A DNA stretch of 64,000 nucleotides from a virus. The DNA lies in the IMG/VR virus record IMGVR_UViG_3300030397_000226, positions 3,330 to 67,329 of that record; one strand, given 5' to 3'. Made by a program: the position numbers and the translations under genes. Each line of letters begins with the position of its first letter. Positions within the stretch are counted from its first letter, which is position 1. Positions 30,158 through 39,713 of the stretch are shown one piece after another. The notes under the pieces were generated by a model that was not told where the DNA came from, searched no databases, and worked only from the letters and a program-made list of their open reading frames with translations.

Positions 30158-30533
30158 CTTATCTCTATCGCGGAAATTGTACGCGGCGTCAGTCGCGTTG
30201 CAGCACGATGACCCGAAGACGCATCGAGAGATGCTCATCGGTCTCTGTGCGGAAGTCCAGGCGGAACTCATGCCTCCGTTCAAGGACCTGCTGTGGAGAG
30301 ACAACACGGGTCGTTCGTGGAAAGTCGAGGACATGAATGATGGGCACATCGTCAACGCCCTGCACGTTTTGGCTCGACGTCCTGATGAACCATTGAGTCC
30401 GATGTTTAAGGCACTCTACTACGAATGCCGAGAGCGTTACCATCAGAAGAAGTTCCATAGATGGATGTGGAGGAAGTTCCTCGATGCTAGGAAACTGGCT
30501 CGTGAATTGGGGTGGCTCGATGACTCCGATTGA
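30150..30533 (+). CDS. Hypothetical protein
   Basis: WRDNTGRSWKVEDMNDGHIVNAL; coupled to neighbours. Confidence 0.5.
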   Translation: MADLSLSRKLYAASVALQHDDPKTHREMLIGLCAEVQAELMPPFKDLLWRDNTGRSWKVEDMNDGHIVNALHVLARRPDEPLSPMFKALYYECRERYHQKKFHRWMWRKFLDARKLARELGWLDDSD

Positions 30534-31506
30534 GGACTATCTGCGGGAAGCGGGAGCGCGTAGGGTTCGTCTGTCAGGCGATAACTACGTCTCCACCTGC
30601 CCGTTCCACAAGGACTCGAAGCCGAGCTTCGCGATGAACAAGAACAACGGCATGTTCGTCTGCTACTCCGCTCACTGCGGCGTTCAGGGGAATCTCTACC
30701 TGTTCTTAGTGAATGCACTCGATTACACCCCAGACAAGGCCAAGAAGGTTGTAGAGAACTTCGGTCTTTTTGAGTCGATTCAAAAGTACGAGGGAGGGTT
30801 CGCTACTCTGCCAGACTACGACGACCGACATCAATCTGGGGCGAAACCTGACGAAGCGAGCATTACGGAAGGGCAGCTCGGTCTCTACCAGTTCTGCCCG
30901 AAGTACATGACCAAGCGTGGGTTTAAAAAGAAGACCCTGAGGCGCTGGGGCGTCGGCTACGACTTCAGCACAAGTCGAGTCACTATCCCGGTGCGAGACA
31001 GGGACTGGAACCTCGTTGGAATCTCGAAGCGCGCGACTAAGGATTGGCAGGAGCCCAAGTATCTCCATCTCGGTTTCTCGAAAGGGAAACACCTGTACGG
31101 GGAGAACATGCGAGACGGTCACGATATAGCCATCGTGATGGAGGGTCAGCTGGACGTTCACTCGTTCAACCAGAATGACCTCGACAGCCCGTGGCTTCCG
31201 GTTTCCACGATGGGGACCAGGGTCACGAACCGTCAGATTAAGATGATGCGTAAATTCAAGACTGTCGTTTTGGCATTCGACAATTTCCGAATTGACGCTG
31301 ATGGGTTAGCGACGACCAAGAAGGTGGGGGATGCTCTCTTACCACACGTCGGAGCGAACTTGTTCGTGTTTGACTTTCAAACAACTAACGTGAAAGACTA
31401 CGGCGATTTACTAAATCAAGAAGTTGACTACGGCCGCATGATTCTGCCGTATGATTCCTGGCGCCTAGAATCGGACCAATGGTCCAACAATGAAAGGAGT
31501 GCGTGA
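30520..31506 (+). CDS. dnaG: DNA primase (CHC2 zinc finger + TOPRIM)
   Basis: CPFHKDSKPSF...CYSAHCG; RVTIPVRD; IVMEGQLD; VVLAFDN...DADG. Confidence 0.9.
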   Translation: MTPIEDYLREAGARRVRLSGDNYVSTCPFHKDSKPSFAMNKNNGMFVCYSAHCGVQGNLYLFLVNALDYTPDKAKKVVENFGLFESIQKYEGGFATLPDYDDRHQSGAKPDEASITEGQLGLYQFCPKYMTKRGFKKKTLRRWGVGYDFSTSRVTIPVRDRDWNLVGISKRATKDWQEPKYLHLGFSKGKHLYGENMRDGHDIAIVMEGQLDVHSFNQNDLDSPWLPVSTMGTRVTNRQIKMMRKFKTVVLAFDNFRIDADGLATTKKVGDALLPHVGANLFVFDFQTTNVKDYGDLLNQEVDYGRMILPYDSWRLESDQWSNNERSA

Positions 31507-32678
31507 TGCTGAAGGGTATGCGCAAGGTGAAGAAGGTCGCTAAGCGACTAGAAGATGAGCGAGGAGACTGGGGCGCGTACGTTCCCTTCTTCAAGCTAGA
31601 CGACGGCGAATCAGCCATCGTTCGTTTCAACGGTAGTGAGGACGAACCTCACATCTTTGAGTCACACAGCATTCGACGAGGCAACAAGTTCAGCGGCGTC
31701 AACTGCGCGAAGGACACACCCGGTCACGATGGATGCGTAGGCTGTTGGTCGAACTCCAATGGAGACAAGGGCGTTGGACGCCCAGCTTCGAAGGGCGCAT
31801 TCAACCTCATCGACCATCGGTGGTACCACAAACTACTTGACCGAGAGAAGAGTGACGGAGAGAACAAGAGGTATAAGTACATCCTCTGTTCCGATGACGC
31901 TCGATGTAAGTACTGCCGCAAAAAGAAGAAGCGCGAACACGGCGGACAAAAGCGCGTCACTTTCGCACTTCAATGGGCTCAACTCCTCGCGGCCACAGAT
32001 GAGAAGTTGTCCAAGAAGTGCAAGTCGTGTGGCGTCGGTCGCGTCAAGGCTGTCGGGTACGAAGACGAAGATGGCGAACCTGTCGACCCTCCCAGCGATG
32101 ACGAGGAGTTGGAAGAAGCTATCGAGAGTGGTGAAATCTTCGAGGTTCTTGAGTGCAACAAGTGCGAGGAACCGGAGCGTTGTACGTTGAATGACGCTTT
32201 GCTTGAAGTCACTCGCGTAGGGTCAGGCACCAACACGACCTACAAGTTCGACATCGAAGAGATTGTCGAGATGGAGGAGTGGGAAACAGAGTGCGAGCCT
32301 GGTGACCTGGAGGCTCAAAACAAGCCCCTCAGCGCGGAGAAGCAGGCAGGCGTCATTGGCGTACAGAATCCGTTCGGCAACTCAGCAGATGACGAAATCG
32401 ACGAATGGGATGACGAGGACGAAGAGGACGAAGAGGAGAAGCCTCGTAGGGGTCGAGGCAGACGTAGCAGGCGCCGTGATGACGATGAGGATGACGACGA
32501 AGATGAAGATGATGACGTCGCAGAACCTTTTGACGACGAAGACGACGATGAGGATGACGACCCTCCCCCACGCCGTCGCAGCAAGAAAAAGGTTGTGAAA
32601 AAGAAGGTCCGAAAGAAGGTCGCGAAGAAGTCTTCCAAAAAGAAGACGAAGAAAAGGTTACTACGCAGGCGTCGTTGA
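31503..32678 (+). CDS. Single-stranded DNA-binding protein (gp32-like, Zn-binding) with acidic and basic tails
   Basis: FFKLDDGESAIVRF, Cys clusters, EVTRVGSGTNTTY.F; poly-D/E then poly-K/R tail; lies between primase and polymerase. Confidence 0.65.
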   Translation: MMLKGMRKVKKVAKRLEDERGDWGAYVPFFKLDDGESAIVRFNGSEDEPHIFESHSIRRGNKFSGVNCAKDTPGHDGCVGCWSNSNGDKGVGRPASKGAFNLIDHRWYHKLLDREKSDGENKRYKYILCSDDARCKYCRKKKKREHGGQKRVTFALQWAQLLAATDEKLSKKCKSCGVGRVKAVGYEDEDGEPVDPPSDDEELEEAIESGEIFEVLECNKCEEPERCTLNDALLEVTRVGSGTNTTYKFDIEEIVEMEEWETECEPGDLEAQNKPLSAEKQAGVIGVQNPFGNSADDEIDEWDDEDEEDEEEKPRRGRGRRSRRRDDDEDDDEDEDDDVAEPFDDEDDDEDDDPPPRRRSKKKVVKKKVRKKVAKKSSKKKTKKRLLRRRR

Positions 32679-32685
32679 CTGAATG

Positions 32686-32711
32686 GGGGCGGGCAACCGC
32701 CCCTGTTTTTT
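32686..32711 (+). terminator. Rho-independent terminator
   Basis: GGGGCGG-GCAA-CCGCCCC followed by TGTTTTTT. Confidence 0.85.
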
Positions 32712-32733
32712 CAAACTAGGGAAAAGGGAAACA

Positions 32734-34848
32734 ATGAGCGGACGAATATGGCATCCGAAGATAACGAGTGAGGGACGGCTAGACCTCAGTCATGTCTGGT
32801 ATGCGAAGACCCCGGAGGATTGTGAGCAGGTTATGAGAGCCCTCGCAGACTCCAAGCTGACGGGGTTCGATACCGAGTACGGTGGATACGAACAGGACAA
32901 GCAGCACCCGGTGGGTAGGGTGAAGGGCTACGCGATGCAGTTCTCTACGGAGGAGCATCCGTACATCTTCGTGCAGTGCTGGGGTGAGGGGCGTCGAAAC
33001 CCTCATGTGTTCAAGCGGTGGTTTGAGGACGAGAGTGCCCCAAAGACCTTGCACAATTACAAGGCGGACGCCCACGTTGTCGCGGAATGGGGATACGACC
33101 TCAAGGGTCTCGCGGGCGACACAATGGTGATGGATTACACATTGAATGTGCCTCGCCCTCACTCGCTGAAGAACTGCTACTTCGACTACTTTGGGAAGGA
33201 CACGAGCGAGTATCGCGATACGTTCGTTCGGCCGAGGCAGAACAAGAACGGCACAGCTTCCAAAACGAACTACCTCCCCACCATTGCGGAGATGTTGGGG
33301 ATTGAAGGCATCGAGCTGACGGCCGGGAATGAAGACGCGCCGCTCTGGTACAAGAAACCGGGGTACATGAAGCGGTACGTTCCCGCGAGGGATGTGCTGG
33401 TCGACTACGCGGTGAAGGACCCGTTCTACACTCTGGAGTTGTTCAATTACCTTAAGGACAGATTGTCAAACATTGAGTGGTGCGCTCGCGGCTCGATGTG
33501 GGATTACTACAAGACGTTCGAACTCCCGTACACAGAGACACTGTTCGGAATGGAGCGGCGAGGCATGGCACTCAGCCAAGAGTTCCTCGACAACTGCGAT
33601 ACGACCATCATGAATGACGTGGTGGAGCTGGAACAGGAGTTCATGCGTGAGGCAGTGAAGCTCGGCGCGGACCCAGAGTCGATGCTGTCGTTCAACATGA
33701 ATGCGCCTCAGCAGATTGGCGGACTCTTCGATGGGTTCGGTTTCAAGTTCACCTCGTTCACTGAGAAGACGAAACTCCCTCAGGTGACGCCCGAGCAGCT
33801 CCACAAGAACCGCTCGAAACGCACCAGCAAAATCATCGATGCGTATCTCGAATGGAAACGACTGACGAAAATTCACGGCACCTATACGTTGCCCTTCCAG
33901 GAAGCGAGCAACTTCTACGGAGGACGTGTCCATACTCAGTTCAAACAGATTGGCACTAAGACGGGACGCCTCTCGTCAGCAACGCCAAACCTTCAGAACA
34001 TTCCGCGAGCGGGTGACACGGACAAGTACGGAATCCGAAAGGCGTTCGTCGCGGAGAAGGGAATGGTTCTAGCGGATGCCGACCTCGCTCAGGTTGAGAT
34101 GCGTTTAATGGCGCACCTGACCAATGACGAAGCGATGATTAAGGCAATCCTTCGAGGCCACGACTTGCACGCTGTGACGGCGGCGGACTGTTTCCGCGAA
34201 GTGAATGAGTTCGTTGCGGGCCAGAAGGCGGCAGGCATCCACGAGGACGACCTGTTCTGTGAGAATGGTCCGGTGAAGAAGGAGTTCCCTATTCCCAGGC
34301 AGCGCTCCAAGGGCCTCAACTTCGGTATCGCGTACGGGATGACGGAGATTCGGTATGCGAAGGAGACGGGCGCGAACAAGAAGGAGGCCATCCGAGTCCT
34401 CCGAGCGTTCTTCGACGGCAAGCCTGGTCTCGCGAAGGGAATCAAGAACACGCACCGTTTCTGTCACCGTCACGGATTCATTCGGACTCTCTTGAGGCGT
34501 TACGTTCACATTCCCGAGATTCACAGTCACAAGTTCGGCGAGATGAAGTACGCTGAGCGTCAGTCATTCAACTACGTCATTCAGGGGTCTGCGGCAGATA
34601 TGCTCAAAATGAGCATGCTCTTAATCGACAGAGACGAAGACCTCGCGGACATGGGAGTGACGATGAACCTCCAGGTCCACGATGAATTGGTTTTCCAGAT
34701 GCCCGACGACAAAGCTACCAGAAAGCGTGCGAAGCGACGGATTGAAGACTACATGAGTAGACCGTACAAACACTTTGGCATGAAGGATTTGCGGGTGCCC
34801 ACGCCTGCGGAACTCAACTTCGGTTACTCGTGGGCGGATGCGAAGTAG
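32734..34848 (+). CDS. polA: Family A DNA polymerase with 3'-5' exonuclease
   Basis: Exo GFDTEY / HNYKAD / YAVKD; TGRLSSATPNLQNIP; motif A DADLAQVEMR; motif B RQRSKGLNFGIAYG; motif C VHDEL. Confidence 0.95.
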   Translation: MSGRIWHPKITSEGRLDLSHVWYAKTPEDCEQVMRALADSKLTGFDTEYGGYEQDKQHPVGRVKGYAMQFSTEEHPYIFVQCWGEGRRNPHVFKRWFEDESAPKTLHNYKADAHVVAEWGYDLKGLAGDTMVMDYTLNVPRPHSLKNCYFDYFGKDTSEYRDTFVRPRQNKNGTASKTNYLPTIAEMLGIEGIELTAGNEDAPLWYKKPGYMKRYVPARDVLVDYAVKDPFYTLELFNYLKDRLSNIEWCARGSMWDYYKTFELPYTETLFGMERRGMALSQEFLDNCDTTIMNDVVELEQEFMREAVKLGADPESMLSFNMNAPQQIGGLFDGFGFKFTSFTEKTKLPQVTPEQLHKNRSKRTSKIIDAYLEWKRLTKIHGTYTLPFQEASNFYGGRVHTQFKQIGTKTGRLSSATPNLQNIPRAGDTDKYGIRKAFVAEKGMVLADADLAQVEMRLMAHLTNDEAMIKAILRGHDLHAVTAADCFREVNEFVAGQKAAGIHEDDLFCENGPVKKEFPIPRQRSKGLNFGIAYGMTEIRYAKETGANKKEAIRVLRAFFDGKPGLAKGIKNTHRFCHRHGFIRTLLRRYVHIPEIHSHKFGEMKYAERQSFNYVIQGSAADMLKMSMLLIDRDEDLADMGVTMNLQVHDELVFQMPDDKATRKRAKRRIEDYMSRPYKHFGMKDLRVPTPAELNFGYSWADAK

Positions 34849-34857
34849 GAGAATCAA

Positions 34858-35547
34858 ATGGCAGCAGACGAAGTAGGGGACGTCCAAGTCTCTGCGAACC
34901 CAGACGCACTCGCGAACCCGGTCACTCAGCAGCCTGCAACCGAGGCGGGGACCTATCTGGCGTTCGTTGAGAGCGTGGTGAAGTCGGACCTCGCGGAGAT
35001 TGTGTACGACGCCTTCCCCGTGGTTCAGAACGCGAACGTGCCAGCGGATGCGCGAATCAAGTGGCCTCCCGGTTACGGGACAAACGTGTCTCCTTGGGGC
35101 CAACAATTCGACCCGGTGACGGGTAAGCGCGAACGGACATGCGACAACGAGAATGGTCAGACTCGATGGACTGACTTTATCAACGCGACCGCTAAGGGCA
35201 GGCTCGGCTCACTCCAGGAACATGGGGACCTTGCGGTAGCGATTGCGACGGGAATCATTGCCGCCCTTGATGAGCACATCAATCAGTTCCACACCGGGAT
35301 TGGGTTGCGTGGAGGAACGGCGTCATTGGACAATGGTGGGCTCAGTTCTCCCATTTCAGTGCCTAACTTCAGCGCGTCCACTCGACTTGTTTTCTCCATC
35401 AAGAATTATGGACCGTTCGGCGACCCAGGCACTCTCCGCGCTCGCACGTCTGAGCGCACATACGGCGACCCAGGTACCTTCGTTGTACGTTCCGACCAAT
35501 TGTTCTTGAACAACACGGCCAGCTTCGACTGGTTAGCCTTCGGATAA
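34858..35547 (+). CDS. Hypothetical protein with virion-like C-terminal beta domain
   Basis: 229 aa, GGAG leader; C-terminal GTFVVRS....NTASFDWLAF. Confidence 0.5.
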   Translation: MAADEVGDVQVSANPDALANPVTQQPATEAGTYLAFVESVVKSDLAEIVYDAFPVVQNANVPADARIKWPPGYGTNVSPWGQQFDPVTGKRERTCDNENGQTRWTDFINATAKGRLGSLQEHGDLAVAIATGIIAALDEHINQFHTGIGLRGGTASLDNGGLSSPISVPNFSASTRLVFSIKNYGPFGDPGTLRARTSERTYGDPGTFVVRSDQLFLNNTASFDWLAFG

Positions 35548-35551
35548 AGAT

Positions 35552-36637
35552 ATGGTCAAACTAAGAGTCAATAAAAAGGCGTCTAAGAAGACGTCCAAAA
35601 AGAAAGCAACTAAAAAGCCCACTGTCGACAAGAAAAAGCTCGCCGCTCTTGAGGCGGTCGTCAAGAAAGTCAACAAGTCCCTCGGCAAAGACGGAGCAGT
35701 CTTTCTTGGAAGCCAACACAAAACCTTTACCCGGATGGGGACAGGGATTGTTGCTCTGGATTTCGTCATTGGCGGTGGCCTCCCTCGTGGTCAGATGACG
35801 ATGTTTTCCGGGGAGGACTCCACAGCTAAGACGATGTGCAGCATCCTTTCGGCAGCCAAGGTTCAACGTGAGGGAGGTACTGTTGTGTGGGTCGCAGGCG
35901 AAGGGTTTGACCGAGAATGGGCTGAGTCACACGGAGTCGACCTCGATTCCATCTTCGTCATTCAGGCAGATACCGGAGATGTGGCACTTGAGTCGGCCAT
36001 CTCACTGATGGAGGAGGCTCCTGTGGACTTGCTTGTCATCGACTCTGTGCAGTCGTTGGGGACGACTCGTGAGATGGAGGATGGCGTAGACCAAGAGTCC
36101 TACGGCAACGCTGGTGCCCCTCAGATGTGGGGACGAATCATGAGGCGATGTTACGCGGCGATGAACAAGATGGAGCAGGGACAGGAGACCGCCATCATAG
36201 CTATCTCTCAGGTGCGTAGCGCGGTAGGGAAACGCGGATTCAGGGGGATGACCCCAGACCCGGAGTCTTCAGGTATCAAGGCTCTCAAACATTGGAAAGC
36301 CGTCGAGGTGTTTTTCAAAAAGGGAGACTACGATTATGAGGGTGACAAAGAGAAGCGTAATATTACGCGCAGGCAATTCAAATTGAAGAACCTGAAGAAC
36401 AAGACAGCTACTCCGCATCGTGAGTCTAGTTTCGACTTCTACCCTCGGACGCGGAAGGTGGATAATCGAATCACGGCTGTTCGCCTTGCCAAAGCGTTCG
36501 GTTTTGTTGAGAACAAGGGCGCGTGGTACAAGGGGTATGGCGTCCGAGCACAAGGTGAGAGAGCCTTTGCAGACAAACTCGACCCTTCCGTTCTGCGGAA
36601 GATGGTTCAGGAAGTAAACCGGCAAGCAGCCGAGTGA
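35552..36637 (+). CDS. recA: RecA/UvsX-like recombinase
   Basis: TGIVALDFVIGGGLPRG, GEDSTAKT, LLVIDSV, IIAISQVR, GIKALKH, KNLKNK, KGAWY. Confidence 0.9.
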   Translation: MVKLRVNKKASKKTSKKKATKKPTVDKKKLAALEAVVKKVNKSLGKDGAVFLGSQHKTFTRMGTGIVALDFVIGGGLPRGQMTMFSGEDSTAKTMCSILSAAKVQREGGTVVWVAGEGFDREWAESHGVDLDSIFVIQADTGDVALESAISLMEEAPVDLLVIDSVQSLGTTREMEDGVDQESYGNAGAPQMWGRIMRRCYAAMNKMEQGQETAIIAISQVRSAVGKRGFRGMTPDPESSGIKALKHWKAVEVFFKKGDYDYEGDKEKRNITRRQFKLKNLKNKTATPHRESSFDFYPRTRKVDNRITAVRLAKAFGFVENKGAWYKGYGVRAQGERAFADKLDPSVLRKMVQEVNRQAAE

Positions 36638-36662
36638 CATAGTAATAGAAAGGATAAAGAAC

Positions 36663-36950
36663 ATGACACAACCAGCAGCTCCTCCTCCCCTCTTCCCTCT
36701 GAAGCTCTTCGGGGAAAAGTACTTCATCAAATCAGATGCGGTGCTGGGCGCTTTCGCATTGGAGAATCTGGCCGCACGAGGGGGCACCGTCTTCCTCGAC
36801 ACAATCAAGAGGTTTCATCTCACGTTCGTTGTGTACGACCCTGAGAACGACTTTCAGCCCACGCATCTCGTCGCGAACGGCGAATGGAAAGGGCCTGCTG
36901 TTCCTAGGGCTGTCAAAAAGAAGACCTCTAAAAAGACAAGGCGAAAGTGA
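36663..36950 (+). CDS. Hypothetical protein
   Basis: 95 aa, basic C-terminus, coupled to next gene. Confidence 0.5.
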   Translation: MTQPAAPPPLFPLKLFGEKYFIKSDAVLGAFALENLAARGGTVFLDTIKRFHLTFVVYDPENDFQPTHLVANGEWKGPAVPRAVKKKTSKKTRRK

Positions 36951-37366
36951 CCCAGTACGCACCACCCACTGGAATAGCCTGGTGGCGCGTCTCGTACCTG
37001 GGAGTACTCGATGAATTCAACCGACCCAAGTTCATCGGGTACTTCTACGGGAAGACCGCCTTCCAGGTCGGCAACAAAGCGGTGTCGCACATTCGTCGCG
37101 AGAAGATGTTCTACGTCGAAGGGTCGCCGGTCATCGCACACTGGAGCGCGTTCGACACCAAGATGGTGTGGGACACGGGAATGAAGGAGGAGGAGTTCAA
37201 TGCGAAAAGGGAGGCTGCTGGGTCGGTCATCGAACCGCTCGGCGCAGAAGCGTTTGGAGAACTCCAGAAAACAGGAGAACCGACTGGCGGACTCATCAAA
37301 CGGAAGAAGGCAGCCAGGAAGCGGAAATCAGTGGCACAGCAAGGGGGACGTAAAGGGAAAAAGTAA
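36947..37366 (+). CDS. Hypothetical protein (3' end overlaps resolvase gene)
   Basis: GTG overlapping upstream stop; globular-looking N-terminal 90 aa. Confidence 0.5.
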   Translation: MTQYAPPTGIAWWRVSYLGVLDEFNRPKFIGYFYGKTAFQVGNKAVSHIRREKMFYVEGSPVIAHWSAFDTKMVWDTGMKEEEFNAKREAAGSVIEPLGAEAFGELQKTGEPTGGLIKRKKAARKRKSVAQQGGRKGKK

Positions 37367-37583
37367 CGACCGAACGTGGCTCTACGAGTGCAAGGACACC
37401 GTAAAGAAGCAATTCACTTTGAAAGAAGTCACTCTCAAACAGCACATCGTGCAAGCTACGATGGAAGGGGCGTCAGCGGCATTCGTCTTGCGGTTTGAGA
37501 ACAAACGAGAGTATGTCGTAATTGAAAAGCATCTATTCGAGGAATTGAGAGATGGAAAAAGCAGACAAGACAACGAAGACTGA
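37200..37583 (+). CDS. Holliday junction resolvase-like PD-(D/E)XK nuclease 1
   Basis: SRKQENRLA...GRRQPGSG....KGDVK.....LYECK.T.KKQFTLK; GGAGGAGGAG immediately upstream. Confidence 0.7.
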   Translation: MRKGRLLGRSSNRSAQKRLENSRKQENRLADSSNGRRQPGSGNQWHSKGDVKGKSNDRTWLYECKDTVKKQFTLKEVTLKQHIVQATMEGASAAFVLRFENKREYVVIEKHLFEELRDGKSRQDNED

Positions 37584-37854
37584 AACACCTGAGCACCTAC
37601 AAGGGAAGGTGCCTTCTACGATTGACCAGGCCCTCACCCTGGTGAACAAACTACTCGTGGACGCGGAGGACGACCCGAACAGACTGGCTCTGCTTCGCCA
37701 GAAGGTGAACCTTGAGGAAGCGAAGAAGGTGGACCACTACCGACAGCGCGACATCGAGGCGCGTGAAATGCAGGCCAAGGCGCTGCGTATTATCGCCCGT
37801 GTTGCCCGTAAAGAAATGAAGGACGAAGGAGACGACGAAGATGGCGAAGGGTAA
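37552..37854 (+). CDS. Hypothetical protein
   Basis: 100 aa helical; coupled to neighbours. Confidence 0.5.
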   Translation: MEKADKTTKTETPEHLQGKVPSTIDQALTLVNKLLVDAEDDPNRLALLRQKVNLEEAKKVDHYRQRDIEAREMQAKALRIIARVARKEMKDEGDDEDGEG

Positions 37855-38179
37855 CAAGAAGTCTTCCAAGCGAATCACCAAAACGCCGTCTCAGTTGAAG
37901 ATGGCCCAAGCTCAACGACTCATTGGCTCTGAGTGTGATGCGGTGAAGGACCTTCTCATCGAGAAGAATAAGGCGTACGGGAACTCGTTTGCGGAACCCA
38001 TTGGCATCTTCGCGAAGGGGCTTGAGCCAAAGTCTCAGATTCGTGTGAGAATCGATGACAAGTTGACGCGGCTCAAAAAGGGGAGCGAGTATCCTGGTGA
38101 TGACACGGTTCTGGACCTCATCGGATATTTGGTACTCTACCGCGTGGCTCAACGCATGGAGGAAGAAGATGGAAAGTGA
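37841..38179 (+). CDS. Nucleotide modification associated domain 1 (DUF1599-like)
   Basis: DLLIEKNKAYGNS....VRIDDKLTRL......DDTVLDLIGYLVL. Confidence 0.8.
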   Translation: MAKGNKKSSKRITKTPSQLKMAQAQRLIGSECDAVKDLLIEKNKAYGNSFAEPIGIFAKGLEPKSQIRVRIDDKLTRLKKGSEYPGDDTVLDLIGYLVLYRVAQRMEEEDGK

Positions 38180-39161
38180 CATCGACCTCAGTGATGGCCA
38201 CGAGATTACCTCGTTGAACCTCACAGACGGGAACAATCCGATGGTGACCATTCACTCGAATGGCCACTTCTCTGCGTTCGGCAAGGACTACACTCAGGAC
38301 GGCGACAAGTTCGGGATGCGTCTTTATGAAGCACTTCACTTGTTTCTGAAGACGGGCTGCCCTGTTCTCGGCGCGGAACTCCTCGACCACGGGTACCTCA
38401 AACTCGTGGAGACGTGGGGCTCCGATGAACGCATCATCGAAGCCGCCCGTATGTCGACAGACAGTTCGTTCCACGGATGGGACCCGTACTACCAATGCAA
38501 GAACTGCCGCGCCGTTTGGCACGACGTGGAAGGTCAAGAGGTTCCCGACGGAGTGTGCGCTCAGAACTACGGAGGACCCTGTTCGTGGCAGTACAAACCG
38601 AAAGGTGATGAGGGACTGCTCTCGTATCTCTACAACCACAACCACGCGACTCCCTTTGAGATGGGTGGTGCGATTTTTGAGGTACAGGCTCCCATCTTCG
38701 TCTTCCGGGAGTGGCACCGTCACCGAACTCAGTCGTACAACGAGCTGAGTGCTCGCTACACTGACCTTCCTGCTCTGTACTACGTTCCCACAAAGGAACG
38801 TCTCTTGATGAACACGAGGACTAAGAACAAGCAGGCGGGAACGAAAGACGGCACGGAGCTGACCGAAGATGGCGCGGACTTCTTCATCGACACTCTGACG
38901 AAGCAGTACGAGAACTGTGAGAACATCTACCAAGGCGCGATGGATTCCGGCGTCCCCAAGGAGTTGGCTCGCTGCATCATGCCTGTTGGTCACTACACCC
39001 GAATGCGAGCGAGCGCGAACCTACGAAACTGGCTCGCCTTCATGACGCTTCGTTCTGCCCCCAACGCTCAGTGGGAGATTCGTCAGTACTCTGACGTCAT
39101 CAACGGACTGCTCACCTCGAAGTTCCCTCGTACAATGGAGTTGTTCAATGCCCAGACCTGA
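38169..39161 (+). CDS. thyX: FAD-dependent thymidylate synthase
   Basis: HATPFE, APIFVFREWHRHRTQSYNELSARY (RHRx7S), ELARCIMP, NLRNWLAFMTLR...AQWEIR. Confidence 0.95.
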   Translation: MESDIDLSDGHEITSLNLTDGNNPMVTIHSNGHFSAFGKDYTQDGDKFGMRLYEALHLFLKTGCPVLGAELLDHGYLKLVETWGSDERIIEAARMSTDSSFHGWDPYYQCKNCRAVWHDVEGQEVPDGVCAQNYGGPCSWQYKPKGDEGLLSYLYNHNHATPFEMGGAIFEVQAPIFVFREWHRHRTQSYNELSARYTDLPALYYVPTKERLLMNTRTKNKQAGTKDGTELTEDGADFFIDTLTKQYENCENIYQGAMDSGVPKELARCIMPVGHYTRMRASANLRNWLAFMTLRSAPNAQWEIRQYSDVINGLLTSKFPRTMELFNAQT

Positions 39162-39162
39162 T

Positions 39163-39369
39163 ATGGAGTCTCTCCCAGACAAGTTGTTGCGTCTGCGCGA
39201 CTACACACGGGATGAGGTGTTGAAGCAGTACGAGAGCATCGGACCTTCTGGTACGTTCGCTATTGAGTGCGTCATCAAGCCTGCCATCGCTCGTGCGGAT
39301 GAGGCCCTCAAAACGCATGATGCGGTAGCGATGATTAAGGCGGTCAAAGAGCTGGAGGAAATCAAGTGA
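39163..39369 (+). CDS. Hypothetical protein
   Basis: Short coupled ORF. Confidence 0.5.
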   Translation: MESLPDKLLRLRDYTRDEVLKQYESIGPSGTFAIECVIKPAIARADEALKTHDAVAMIKAVKELEEIK

Positions 39370-39713
39370 CAGCACACGCAGGTGAGCCTGTTTTCGACGA
39401 CCCTCATCTCTTCATGTTCGCGATTGCGGGAAAGACTCGCGATGAGGCTCGCAAAGCTCTCAAGCGCGTGGTTCAGGAGAAGGGGTATCACGAGAGTCAG
39501 TGGGACGAGATTCCCCCTAATGAAAAGGTTCTTTACGACAGAGCGTTTGTCGCGACCCGAGATATGGTTCGTGGCAACGCCTGGAGTTTCAAGGTGGATG
39601 AGAAAGAGCCCTACTCTATCGACGTCATCAATCAGATGAAGCAGACGATTCGCCGAATCATCTTCGTTGTCCGGTTGAAGGAAGCGAAGGGGCGTCACGA
39701 TGTCCATAGTTGA
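39366..39713 (+). CDS. Hypothetical protein
   Basis: GTGA-coupled ORF, 115 aa. Confidence 0.5.
   Translation: MTAHAGEPVFDDPHLFMFAIAGKTRDEARKALKRVVQEKGYHESQWDEIPPNEKVLYDRAFVATRDMVRGNAWSFKVDEKEPYSIDVINQMKQTIRRIIFVVRLKEAKGRHDVHS

Noticed and set aside
20557-34848. Inteins or introns in helicases, primase or polymerase
   Set aside because: Lengths are normal and no splicing or homing-endonuclease motifs were seen
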